Below, piece after piece: positions 24,315 through 33,843 of a DNA stretch of 64,000 nt. This stretch comes from an uncultured Actinomycetota bacterium (GTDB lineage Bacteria; Actinomycetota; Humimicrobiia; Humimicrobiales; Humimicrobiaceae), in assembly GCA_964578625.1 (NCBI GenBank), contig CAZODQ010000001.1, positions 153,793 through 217,792 of the forward strand, given 5' to 3'. A program made the translations under genes and the position numbers. A model generated the notes under the pieces. It was not told the origin of the DNA. It did not search any database and saw only the letters and a list, made by a program, of their open reading frames with translations. Within the stretch, counting starts at the first letter, position 1, and each line of letters opens with the position of its first letter.

Positions 24315-25301
24315 CTAAATCTTCTTTAATGGTCTCCACCATTTCTCATTATCTATGTACCATTTGACTGTTTCTTCCAGTGCCTGCTTAAAATCATAAC
24401 GTGTTTCCCAGCCCAGCTCTTTTTTTAATTTACTGCAGTCCAGGGAATATCTCCTGTCATGGCCCAGCCTGTCCCTTACCGGATCTATCATTTCTTCAGT
24501 CTTACCCAGCAGCTCTAATATTTTCCAGGTGATCCATATATTTGGCTTCTCGTTTCCGGCACCAATATTGTATACTTCCCCGATTTTCCCGCTGTGGAGG
24601 ATCAAATCTATAGCAGCACAGTTATCATCCACATAGATCCAATCCCTTATATTCATGCCGTCACCATAAAGAGGTACCTTTTCGTCATCTATTAAATTTG
24701 TTACAAATAATGGGATCAATTTTTCAGGATGCTGATATGGTCCGAAATTATTTGAGGTTCTGGTTATAATTATAGGAACACCGTATGTCTTAAAAAAAGA
24801 CCTTACAATCATTTCTGCTCCGGCTTTTGAAGCAGAATAAGGACTGTTGGGCTTTAGTGGATCATTTTCTCTTGAAGAGCCGTACTCTACTGAACCGTAA
24901 ACTTCATCAGTACTTATTTGGAGAAAGATCGCACTGTCATATTCCCTTATCGCTTCAAGTAAGATATAAGTACCGTAAATATCAGTTTGAATGAATATAC
25001 CGGGATCTTCTATTGACCTGTCTACATGAGATTCTGCAGCAAAATTTATAACTGCATCTATACTATTTGATTTAAAAATATTATCTACAAGTTTCCTATC
25101 AGCGATATCGCCTTTTATAAATTCATAATTGGGATTGTCATTCATATCTTTTAAATTTTCCAGGTTTCCCGCATAAGTTAACTTATCAAGATTTATTATC
25201 CTGTACCCTGTACGCTTTTCAGTAATATAATGTATAAAGTTACTTCCGATAAACCCTGCTCCGCCCGTCACAAGCAGCGTTTTAAACTTCCTGTCTGTCA
25301 A
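24315..25301 (-). CDS. rfbB: dTDP-glucose 4,6-dehydratase
   Basis: LVTGGAGFIGSNF, LDKLTYAGN, FAAESHVDRSI, ISTDEVYG, PYSASKA, PEKLIP and DRLGHDRRY. Confidence 0.95.
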   Translation of the reverse strand: MTDRKFKTLLVTGGAGFIGSNFIHYITEKRTGYRIINLDKLTYAGNLENLKDMNDNPNYEFIKGDIADRKLVDNIFKSNSIDAVINFAAESHVDRSIEDPGIFIQTDIYGTYILLEAIREYDSAIFLQISTDEVYGSVEYGSSRENDPLKPNSPYSASKAGAEMIVRSFFKTYGVPIIITRTSNNFGPYQHPEKLIPLFVTNLIDDEKVPLYGDGMNIRDWIYVDDNCAAIDLILHSGKIGEVYNIGAGNEKPNIWITWKILELLGKTEEMIDPVRDRLGHDRRYSLDCSKLKKELGWETRYDFKQALEETVKWYIDNEKWWRPLKKI

Positions 25302-25310
25302 TCTATTCTC

Positions 25311-25766
25311 CTATCCGTCTTTTCTATCCCAGCTGTAAGGTATATTGGGACTGTGTGGATCCTCTCTGAATTCATCAGGTTCATCGTAATCATAAACCTC
25401 AGTAGGTAAGTTAATACATACAGCTTCACGCTCACTGATACACTTAAATCCATGAAAAACATATTGAGGTATTTGTAGAAGTAAAGGGTTATGCTCTCCC
25501 ATAAAAAACTCATTGACTTCCTTGTAGGTAGATGAGCCCTTGCGGCCGTCATATAAAACAACTTTCATCATTCCCTTAACCACTACGAAACTATCTATCT
25601 GTTTCTTATGGTAATGCCATCCCTTGACCACTCCCGGATATGCGGTTGTCATATAGGCCTGACCGAATTTTATAAAAAGTTCATCGTCTGAACGCAGCAT
25701 CTCCATTAACCTGCCTCTTTCATCAGGTATAACCTTAAGTTTTTTTATTTTAACTCCATCAATCAA
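25311..25766 (-). CDS. rfbC: dTDP-4-dehydrorhamnose 3,5-epimerase family (short cupin type)
   Basis: DERGRLMEMLR, PGVVKGWHYH, DGRKGSSTY and IP..VFHGF; adjacent to rfbB. Confidence 0.82.
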   Translation of the reverse strand: MIDGVKIKKLKVIPDERGRLMEMLRSDDELFIKFGQAYMTTAYPGVVKGWHYHKKQIDSFVVVKGMMKVVLYDGRKGSSTYKEVNEFFMGEHNPLLLQIPQYVFHGFKCISEREAVCINLPTEVYDYDEPDEFREDPHSPNIPYSWDRKDG

Positions 25767-25793
25767 AACAAGCCTCCCGGTCTCTTTTTATAA

Positions 25794-27137
25794 TTAATAT
25801 CCAATACCTGTATATTTAAAACCCATCTTCTGAAGTTTTTGTTTATCCAATATATTCCTGCCATCAATAATATTGGCTCCGGCCATTGATTTTTTTATCT
25901 TTTCAAAATCCAAATCATAAAATTCGCTCCATTCTGTTACCAGTACCATTAGATCAGCCCCATCCAATGCCTTGTAAGGGCTCTCTGCCATAATAGCTCC
26001 CTTATCCATATTTTCAGGGTATCCTTTCACTACAGGATCATAGATTCTTACTTCCGCGCCTAACTCCAGGAATTTATTGATTATGGTAACAGAAGGTGCT
26101 TCCCTTGTATCATTCGTATTTGGTTTAAAAGACAGTCCCAGGACACCAATGATCTTATCATCGATGATTCCAAGCATATCCATAGCCTTTTGTATTACTT
26201 TAAATCTCTGGTGATTATTAACCTGTATCACCGAATTTAAAATGTTTGCCGTCGAGCCGTATTCCTCAGCAGTATGGCTTAATGCTCTTACATCCTTTGG
26301 GAAACATGATCCTCCCCAGCCAATTCCTGCTTTCATAAAACCAGGACCGATCCTGCTGTCAAGGCCCATGCCATAGGTGACATCCAGAATATTTGCACCT
26401 ACCCTCTCACATATATTGGCAATTTCATTAACAAATGAAATCTTGGTAGCGAGAAATGCATTAGAAGAATATTTTATAAGCTCTGAACTGGTTGAATCGG
26501 TTATTAGAACCGGTACCTTATCCTTTCTGTGAGTATTGTTTACAGCATAATCAAAGTCCTGATTTATTATTGGCTTATAAAGTTCCTTCATCATTTCTAT
26601 CGCTCTTTTGCTTTCAGACCCTATTACAAGCCTTTCAGGGAAAAAAGCATCCTTTACAGCTTCGCCTTCCTTTAGGAATTCCGGATTAGACACTATATCA
26701 AAATCATGATCATTGCTATTGTCCTGATTTTCCTTGATTATTTTATTGATCCTCTTTGCTGTCCCTATTGGAACAGTACTCTTATTTGAAATGATTTTAT
26801 ACCCGTTTATTGAAGTGCCGATCAATCTTGCTACCTCATCGATAGCTGAAAGGTCTGACTTACCTGACGGCAATGGTGGAGTACCTACACATATAAATAT
26901 AATATCGCTTTCCTTGATACCATAACTCACGTCATTATGAAATATTAGATTACCCTTTTTGCTGTTCTTCTTTATTAGGTCTTCAAGACCTTCTTCATAT
27001 ATAGTTACCTTGCCTTTTTTAAGCAGTTCGATCTTGTCTTTATTCTTATCAACACAAAATACTGTATTACCAATTTCAGCCAGGCAGACACCGGTAACAA
27101 GACCTACATATCCGGTTCCTATAATACATACCTTCAT
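25794..27137 (-). CDS. ugd: UDP-glucose 6-dehydrogenase
   Basis: IGTGYVGL, KSTVPIGT, SNPEFLKEG, ELIKYSSNAFLATKISF, GWGGSCFPKD and GLSFKPNTNDTREAPS. Confidence 0.93.
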   Translation of the reverse strand: MKVCIIGTGYVGLVTGVCLAEIGNTVFCVDKNKDKIELLKKGKVTIYEEGLEDLIKKNSKKGNLIFHNDVSYGIKESDIIFICVGTPPLPSGKSDLSAIDEVARLIGTSINGYKIISNKSTVPIGTAKRINKIIKENQDNSNDHDFDIVSNPEFLKEGEAVKDAFFPERLVIGSESKRAIEMMKELYKPIINQDFDYAVNNTHRKDKVPVLITDSTSSELIKYSSNAFLATKISFVNEIANICERVGANILDVTYGMGLDSRIGPGFMKAGIGWGGSCFPKDVRALSHTAEEYGSTANILNSVIQVNNHQRFKVIQKAMDMLGIIDDKIIGVLGLSFKPNTNDTREAPSVTIINKFLELGAEVRIYDPVVKGYPENMDKGAIMAESPYKALDGADLMVLVTEWSEFYDLDFEKIKKSMAGANIIDGRNILDKQKLQKMGFKYTGIGY

Positions 27138-27250
27138 ATTCTTTCCTTTTGCTTAAACTAATATAGTAAATTCATATCATGATATTGAAGTATAATATCA
27201 ATAAAGATATTTTCTTACAATATAACCAAACATTCAAAAATCTAATAAAA

Positions 27251-28453
27251 TTACTTGGAAATCAGCTTTTCAAAAGCTTCCACTGTATACTTTATGCTAT
27301 TGTTCCAGGAAAATACTTCTTCCACTCTTTCTTTATTTAACTTTCCAAGCTTTTTTGCTTCTCCGGGTTTTTCAACAGCCCATATCATCCGTTCGGCAAG
27401 ATTTTCCACTTTATCATCAACAGCATAAATTCCGCCTTTACCCAAGAACCTGCGGTTATTTTTACCCTCAAAACATACTACGGGAAGTCCCGCGCCCATA
27501 TAGTTTATCACTTTTCCGCTGGCCTCTCCTGCCTTATCTACTTTTGGCTCCACAGCTACATCACTTACCAGTAAATAATCAGGAAGCTTAAAATAATCAA
27601 CCATACCTGTGAAATGGACATTTTTTTCTACTCCCAGCTCTTTGACCCTTTTAGATGCCTCCTCCACAGGATAACCTACGATCAAGAAATGGACATCCTT
27701 TACCTTCTTTAGAACCAGGGGAATTGCCGAGATTAAATTCCAGATCCCCTTTGCTGCCAGAAGTGCCCCGGTAAAGATTATAACAGGCGCATCCTCAGGT
27801 ATTCCAAGTTTTTGCTTAAATCCCTTTTTAGGAGGTTTGCTGAAAAAATCAGTATGCACCCCGTCTATTACAACCCTTACTCTATCAGGGTTTATATTAA
27901 ATCTATTCTTTATAATGTCTCCGTTGGACACAGAACTGCATATAAAAAAATCAGGCATACTGCAGATAAACTTTTCCAGTGTGTGGAAAAACCACCTTAC
28001 CACATTCCTTCCCCTGATCCAGTCAAAAGTATCAAGCTCTGAAGTCAGGCTTCCCTGTACATCAAAAGCCAGGGGGACCCTGCCCCACGTTAAAAGATAT
28101 TTTACAAGACCTCCTACAAATGCACCTTCATGAAGATGACCATATATAATATCCGGTTTTTCTCTGATATAAACAGCTGCCGCTTTAAAGAATAGAATCA
28201 AGTCTATATAAAACTTATGTATGGATGGTCCCGCCTCAAGCTTTCTATACCAGGGAATATTTATTATCCTTCTGATATCAAGCCCCTTAAGATCTCTGCC
28301 GTTATGGTATGTGACTATAATATTTTGATATCCATATTTTGCCAGAGCCTTCATCTCGCCCAGTATTCTCATATGGCACCCTCTGTCAGCAAAAAATGGA
28401 GTGGGGACTATATTAAGGATTTTTTTATTTTTTCTTTTCTGCCTGTTTTTCAT
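27251..28453 (-). CDS. GT4 glycosyltransferase
   Basis: PTPFFADRGCHMRI N-terminus; FTGALLAAKG, VHFTG.V and KVINYMGAGLPVV (GT-B C-terminal motifs). Confidence 0.85.
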   Translation of the reverse strand: MKNRQKRKNKKILNIVPTPFFADRGCHMRILGEMKALAKYGYQNIIVTYHNGRDLKGLDIRRIINIPWYRKLEAGPSIHKFYIDLILFFKAAAVYIREKPDIIYGHLHEGAFVGGLVKYLLTWGRVPLAFDVQGSLTSELDTFDWIRGRNVVRWFFHTLEKFICSMPDFFICSSVSNGDIIKNRFNINPDRVRVVIDGVHTDFFSKPPKKGFKQKLGIPEDAPVIIFTGALLAAKGIWNLISAIPLVLKKVKDVHFLIVGYPVEEASKRVKELGVEKNVHFTGMVDYFKLPDYLLVSDVAVEPKVDKAGEASGKVINYMGAGLPVVCFEGKNNRRFLGKGGIYAVDDKVENLAERMIWAVEKPGEAKKLGKLNKERVEEVFSWNNSIKYTVEAFEKLISK

Positions 28454-28494
28454 GGTAATGATTCTATTTTCTACTCTATTAAATCAAAATAAAT

Positions 28495-29418
28495 TTATAT
28501 ATTCTTTTTAAACCAATCATATGTCAGCTTTAGACCTTCCTCTATAGATACCCTTGGCCGCCAGCCAAGTACTTTTTCAGCCCGCTTATAAGAAAGCCGG
28601 CTTCTTTTCTGCTCTCCTTCTTTTGGGGGACCGTGGACCTCTTCAATATCATTTTTGCCCGACACTTTTTTTAAAACATCAAAAAGCTTTATAACATTAG
28701 TTTCTTTTCCGGTTCCCACATTGAGTATACCGGTAAAATCACTCCCAATAGCTTTAACATTTATATCAACGACATCGCTGACATAGACATAATCTCTGGT
28801 CTGAAGCCCATTTCCATTAATAGTAGGATTTTTACCTTCCAGTATTTTTTTCGAAAATATAGCTACTACTCCCGCTTCTCCGTAAGGGTCCTGCCTGGGT
28901 CCATATATATTGCCGTACCTTAAGGATATATATTTTAAGCCGTAATTATTATAAAAATAATACAGATAGTTCTCTGTAGCAAGCTTGGCCACTCCATAAG
29001 GTGATATGGGTTTAGTCGGATGATCCTCATCCGCGGGGAAATATTCCTGCTCACCATACACAGTACCGCCGCTTGATGCAAATATTATTTTATTTATATT
29101 ATAAATATGGCAGGCGTTGATAATATTAAGTCCCCCCATTATATTTATACCTGCATCCATCATCGGATCTTCTACCGATACCCTTACACTCAACTGGGCG
29201 GCATTATGTATTACAATATCCGGTTTTTCTTCCCTGAAAATGTTCTGTATTTTTTCATCTCTTATATCATGCTTATAGAATTTTGCTTTTTTTGGCATAT
29301 TTTCTTCTTTGCCGTTTGAGAGGTCATCCACTATGATTACTTCGCAACCCTTTTCCAAAAGCCCGTCTGCTACATTTGAACCTATAAAACCGGCTCCTCC
29401 GGTTATAAGTACTTTCAT
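28495..29418 (-). CDS. NAD-dependent epimerase (UDP-glucose 4-epimerase-like SDR)
   Basis: LITGGAGFIGS, HNAAQLSVR.S, ASSGGTVYG, SPYGVAK and RYGNIYGPRQ. Start placed at the ATG following AAGGTG. Confidence 0.88.
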   Translation of the reverse strand: MKVLITGGAGFIGSNVADGLLEKGCEVIIVDDLSNGKEENMPKKAKFYKHDIRDEKIQNIFREEKPDIVIHNAAQLSVRVSVEDPMMDAGINIMGGLNIINACHIYNINKIIFASSGGTVYGEQEYFPADEDHPTKPISPYGVAKLATENYLYYFYNNYGLKYISLRYGNIYGPRQDPYGEAGVVAIFSKKILEGKNPTINGNGLQTRDYVYVSDVVDINVKAIGSDFTGILNVGTGKETNVIKLFDVLKKVSGKNDIEEVHGPPKEGEQKRSRLSYKRAEKVLGWRPRVSIEEGLKLTYDWFKKNI

Positions 29419-29514
29419 ATCAAACACCTTTATAATATTTTTAAATTTGTATTATATATTTTTTCCCTGTTTATTAAAAATCAGACATAAAACTTCCGGT
29501 ATCATTTTTTCAAG

Positions 29515-30333
29515 CTACTGCTCTTCTAACTGCTCTTCTATATACTCCTTATTCCTGATAGCAGGAATAGACAGGTCTATATTTCCATATACTTTGATCC
29601 TTATTCCTTCTATGTAAAAAATAACTCCCTCTATTTCGGGAATTTCAGTAAGTGTATCTACAATAGAATAAATTATATATTCATCTAAAATCATGCTGTC
29701 CAGGCTTTCACTTAAAAATTCCTGCGACAGGTCGATTTTAGCTATATTTTCATAGGTCTCTGCACCGATTAATTCAGTCCCAGCAGGTATAACCGGAAAG
29801 TGATATGATTTTGCCGGTCCTTTCAGCAGCTCGGCAACAGCATTTTTGACTGCTGTTTCGGAATTGCCTGCAATTATGGTTCTTTTTTCAGAAACCAATT
29901 TCTTCTCTTCTCCCAGACCGGAAAAATAAAAATTCAATTCCAGCTTTTCAGGGTAGTTTTCTTCCTCCGCTTCGTTATTTCCCTCACCTTTTAGAAAATC
30001 AATTATCCTCTGCCATATAGAAGGACTGCTGCTGTTATCATTCCCCGGACTTTCATCATTATTTATACTGGCAGCAGCTGAATCCTCCGCACCATTTTCG
30101 CCAAAGTCATTTAATGTTTCAGAAGCCTCAATGTTATTACCTGTCTGGCCTTCACCGGTCTCCGCCGGACTGGATATTTCCTCTGCGCTTCCCTGACCAC
30201 TGAAAAGAGAAGAAAATTTACTTTTCCAAAAATCAGGATTGTCGATACTGTAAAAGACTAAAAAACCTGCCAGAGCCATTAGGATTATAATTACCGTAAA
30301 CTTTAAAATGGGATTTATACCCTTTTTTTTCAT
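29515..30333 (-). CDS. GerMN domain membrane protein
   Basis: N-terminal TM, low-complexity linker, LVSEKR, AVAELLKGP, IPAGT, AKIDLSQEF and YSIVDTLTEIPEIEGV.FYIEG. Confidence 0.85.
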   Translation of the reverse strand: MKKKGINPILKFTVIIILMALAGFLVFYSIDNPDFWKSKFSSLFSGQGSAEEISSPAETGEGQTGNNIEASETLNDFGENGAEDSAAASINNDESPGNDNSSSPSIWQRIIDFLKGEGNNEAEEENYPEKLELNFYFSGLGEEKKLVSEKRTIIAGNSETAVKNAVAELLKGPAKSYHFPVIPAGTELIGAETYENIAKIDLSQEFLSESLDSMILDEYIIYSIVDTLTEIPEIEGVIFYIEGIRIKVYGNIDLSIPAIRNKEYIEEQLEEQ

Positions 30334-30336
30334 AAT

Positions 30337-30837
30337 TTACTGATTTATAAAATTTAAATAATAATTCCTTACCCTTACAAAAAGACCGGGGTTTTTTCTC
30401 TGAAGTATCTGGAAGACCTTTTCATCTATTAATTTGGGATTATTTATACTCTTTTTAAAAGCTTCTATAAAGAACTCGATTACATCTTTGTCTTTTTTAT
30501 CTACTGTGTTTATCAATTTCTTTAGATCTTCAGTCTTCTTTTCAATCCTTTTTTTATTTTCTTCTATATCCTTGTAGTCCTTTCTATTAAGACATCCTCC
30601 ACACCAGTCAAGGCAGCTCTCATCTCCTCCGCTAAAGATTATTTTACCATCACGGTAATTTATAACCTGGGGATTTACTCTAAATACATTTGTATTACAC
30701 ATTGGACATCTTACCTTTGCCTCATCGGCAAAAAACTCTATCTCATGTCCGCATTTTGTGCATGGCACTATATTAGTCTTAAAATTTTTAAGAAATGCTG
30801 TATTCTGTCCGGGACAACCGGCTTTTATCTTTGTCAT
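30337..30837 (-). CDS. Cys-rich (Zn-ribbon) hypothetical protein
   Basis: CPGQ, CTKCG, CPMC and CLDWCGGC, followed by a helical Lys-rich C-terminal half. Confidence 0.7.
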   Translation of the reverse strand: MTKIKAGCPGQNTAFLKNFKTNIVPCTKCGHEIEFFADEAKVRCPMCNTNVFRVNPQVINYRDGKIIFSGGDESCLDWCGGCLNRKDYKDIEENKKRIEKKTEDLKKLINTVDKKDKDVIEFFIEAFKKSINNPKLIDEKVFQILQRKNPGLFVRVRNYYLNFINQ

Positions 30838-30937
30838 AGCTGTTCTTCCATTTAAATAATTACCTAACTAATATTATATGTAACTATGATAAGCTTTCAA
30901 ATAACCAGTAGAATTAAAGTATTTTGATACTGCACTA

Positions 30938-31969
30938 TTACTTCACTCTATAAATCCTCACCAGACTTGCTTCCGGCTGACAGTAAAATCTGAACGGTGA
31001 ATATTTACCCTCTCCAAGACCCCTGGATATATATAGGACAAAATTCTTAAAATAAAAAAGACCTGAAGCAAATTTCGTCTTTATCTTACAACCTGAGATT
31101 ATTGCCCCTATCAATGGAAGTCTCACCTGGCCTCCATGGGTATGCCCGCTGAATACAATATCCGATTCGTTACGGGCTATATCAATTATTGAATTAGCGT
31201 CGGGAGTATGCAAAAGCGTTACACGCAGCACTCCCTCTTTATTCAGCTCATGTATTTTCTCTTCCTTTAATTTAAATATATCTTTGTAGTTCTTCTTATA
31301 ATCGGATTTTTTTTGCAGCCCCAATACTTTTTTGGAGCTTATATAAGAAAAAGCCTTGGCTATATCGATTTTTTCAATTATAGGATCATCGAGACCCACG
31401 ATCTCGATACTACCTACACCATTACCATCTATATTTATTTTTTTACCTTTATTTATTAAAACTTCTATGCCGATATCACCCAGCCTTTTTTTTAAAAATG
31501 CAACGTCATTTTCCTTCTTATATCTTCTCTTTCTCTTGAACATATTTTTTAAAAATTCCAACACTGCTTTATTATAATGATCGTGTACACCTAAAACTGC
31601 ATATTTCCCATATCTTGCCCTAAGCGGAGAAAGCATTTCAATAAGATACTCGACATTTTTATCGCTTTCCACCAGATCTCCTGTAATTAAAATGAGATCT
31701 AAATCTAATCTTCTTAAGTTCCTTACGAACTTGAATAATTTTTTCCCTTTGGAATTCTTCCGCAGATGAAAGTCAGACAAATGAAGTACTGTAAGGATAG
31801 GTTTGCTTGATCTGTTCCGGTCAGTCTCAACTGTGATACCATCTCTTACAAATATATTCACATCCGACAGTCTGAAATTAAACGGCTCATACCTGAATGA
31901 GTACAGGTACAGTACCACGAATACAGCTGCGGCTATTATGCATATATAAAAAATCGATGACAAACCCAT
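30938..31969 (-). CDS. Metallophosphoesterase (YkuE/YaeI-like, membrane anchored)
   Basis: HLSDFH, ITGDLV, LGVHDH, GLDD, LHTPD, SGHTHGGQ and YISRGLG. Confidence 0.9.
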   Translation of the reverse strand: MGLSSIFYICIIAAAVFVVLYLYSFRYEPFNFRLSDVNIFVRDGITVETDRNRSSKPILTVLHLSDFHLRKNSKGKKLFKFVRNLRRLDLDLILITGDLVESDKNVEYLIEMLSPLRARYGKYAVLGVHDHYNKAVLEFLKNMFKRKRRYKKENDVAFLKKRLGDIGIEVLINKGKKINIDGNGVGSIEIVGLDDPIIEKIDIAKAFSYISSKKVLGLQKKSDYKKNYKDIFKLKEEKIHELNKEGVLRVTLLHTPDANSIIDIARNESDIVFSGHTHGGQVRLPLIGAIISGCKIKTKFASGLFYFKNFVLYISRGLGEGKYSPFRFYCQPEASLVRIYRVK

Positions 31970-32136
31970 TTTTTCTCTTTCTGTGATATTTTAGATTTAA
32001 AAATTTATAAGATAATATCATAAATCTTATATAATTTAACCCTTGAGTTACTGACGGCAGATTCTGGGGCTTCACATAAAACATAGCTAATATTATTTAA
32101 ATATCTTAAATTGCAGCATCGTAATATGAAAAAGGA

Positions 32137-32195
32137 TTGACATAGCATATCTAATATATTAATATTAATAATATGCATAATATTATTAATATTAA
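32137..32195 (+). promoter_or_regulatory. vapBC promoter with overlapping 16-bp perfect inverted repeat (putative antitoxin operator)
   Basis: TTGACA (32137-32142)-N17-TAATAT. Inverted repeat TTAATATTAATAATAT-GCATA-ATATTATTAATATTAA at 32159-32195. Confidence 0.65.
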
Positions 32196-32211
32196 ATAAC
32201 AGGAAAACCAA

Positions 32212-32448
32212 ATGGAAAAAGAAAGAACTTCTATACTTCTTGATAAGGACGTTATGTTAAAACTAAAAAGACTTGCTAAATTTTCCAATAAATCCACTTC
32301 TCTTCTCATAAGAGAAGCACTCACTGAATATACAGCGAAAAAAGTGCCTAATAAAGAATCCGGTATAATTGGAATCGTCGGTAGCAACGATCCTGATTTT
32401 GCTGAGAATGACGAAGAATATTTAAAGAAGAATTTTGGAAAGGACTAA
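32212..32448 (+). CDS. vapB: Ribbon-helix-helix (CopG-like) antitoxin, VapB-type
   Basis: RTSILLD...LKRLA....STSLLIREAL (RHH pattern); C-terminal GIVGS..PDFAENDEEYL; 2 bp upstream of a PIN gene. Confidence 0.78.
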   Translation: MEKERTSILLDKDVMLKLKRLAKFSNKSTSLLIREALTEYTAKKVPNKESGIIGIVGSNDPDFAENDEEYLKKNFGKD

Positions 32449-32450
32449 AA

Positions 32451-32864
32451 ATGCAGATTATTTTAGACACCAGTGCTGTTATTGGCCTGATGGATAAAAA
32501 TTATAAAAAACATACACTCCTAAAAAGAATATTTACAGAAAAAGAAAATCTATTTATTCTGCCTTCCACTGCTATTGGTGAGATATGTTATATGTTAAAC
32601 AGTAGATTTGGAAGTAAAATAGAGCTTATTTTTCTACTTGAAATTATAAAAGCAAGCTTCCAATTAGAGCTGTTGAAAGATATAGACATCATAAGAATCG
32701 TAGAGATACTGAAAAAATATGACACTTTAAACATCGGTTATGTAGACGCTTCTATCATAGCTATAGCCGAACGGCTGAAGGTCAACAAAATTCTTACACT
32801 GGATAGAAAACATTTTGAGGTAGTCGCACCCAGAGGATTTGACTGTTTTGATATACTGATATAG
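32451..32864 (+). CDS. vapC: PIN-domain toxin
   Basis: IILDTSAV, GEICYML, YVDASIIAIAERL and ILTLDRKHF carry the PIN acidic tetrad. Confidence 0.9.
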   Translation: MQIILDTSAVIGLMDKNYKKHTLLKRIFTEKENLFILPSTAIGEICYMLNSRFGSKIELIFLLEIIKASFQLELLKDIDIIRIVEILKKYDTLNIGYVDASIIAIAERLKVNKILTLDRKHFEVVAPRGFDCFDILI

Positions 32865-32956
32865 AAAACTTTAAAATGTATAATAATTAAATCTTTAAAG
32901 CACTTACTATTATTTGTTACGGCAATCATAGAAAGTTTGATTTAGGCAAAGGAAAA

Positions 32957-33841
32957 ATGATTTTACTTATTGGAGCAACAGGTTTCTTAGGACCAGTGGT
33001 TTTAAAGAAACTATTGGAGAAAAATTACAGGATCAACTGTCTGCTACGGCCGTCCAGCAGCAGGACTAACCTTCTGGACATTGCAGGGTCAGCAGGGAAA
33101 AATATTAACTTTAGCACAGGAACACTTGAGAGCGGTGATTCAATACTATCAATCATAAAAAAGGCAAGCAGTATAATCTATATGATCGATTTGAAACATA
33201 CACATCTTCTTAAAACATTTTTAGAGACTGTAGCCCGTACCGGGCTCAAAAGGGTCATTTTTATAAGTTCCACTACCATCTTAATCCCCCTTGACAGCAC
33301 AATAAAGAGTCAAAAAATAAATTCCGAAAACCTTATAAAAAAATCCGGCCTTGACTATACGATTCTCCGACCTTCTATGATATATGGGTCAAAAGGTGAT
33401 GCCAATTTCTCAAAAATGATAGAGTTTGTAAAAAAGAAAGGTTTTTTTATTACTTTTGGAAGCGGAAATAACCTGATCCAGCCTATCTATATAGAGGATG
33501 TGGCAGACGCTGTTTTAAGTATTTTAAATAACAAAAAAACTTATAAAAAAACGTATAACATAGCAGGTAAAAATCCCTTAAAATACAATGATATGCTGTA
33601 TATTGTAAAAGAAAAACTGAAAAAGCAGTTCAGGGTAATAAAATTTCCCATGAGGCTTTCCAAATTTTTAATTTCCCTTTACGCAGGAATCTCCAGAAAT
33701 CCCCTATTGACTGCCGGTCAGATAGAAAGGATGGGAGTAGATAAGAAATACTCATATCAAAAAGCCAGAGCAGATTTTAATTTCTCACCAATGAGTTTTG
33801 AAAGCGGCATAGAAAAGTTGATAAAGAAACTGGAGACCTGA
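32957..33841 (+). CDS. NAD(P)-binding atypical SDR epimerase/dehydratase family protein
   Basis: LLIGATGFLG, FISST, SGLDYTILRPSMIYG and QPIYIEDVA. Confidence 0.82.
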   Translation: MILLIGATGFLGPVVLKKLLEKNYRINCLLRPSSSRTNLLDIAGSAGKNINFSTGTLESGDSILSIIKKASSIIYMIDLKHTHLLKTFLETVARTGLKRVIFISSTTILIPLDSTIKSQKINSENLIKKSGLDYTILRPSMIYGSKGDANFSKMIEFVKKKGFFITFGSGNNLIQPIYIEDVADAVLSILNNKKTYKKTYNIAGKNPLKYNDMLYIVKEKLKKQFRVIKFPMRLSKFLISLYAGISRNPLLTAGQIERMGVDKKYSYQKARADFNFSPMSFESGIEKLIKKLET

Positions 33842-33843
33842 TA

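Noticed and set aside
32005-32387. Minus-strand ORFs 31887-32084, 32005-32211 and 32151-32387
   Set aside because: Low-complexity translations overlapping the vapBC promoter and antitoxin; no supporting motifs.
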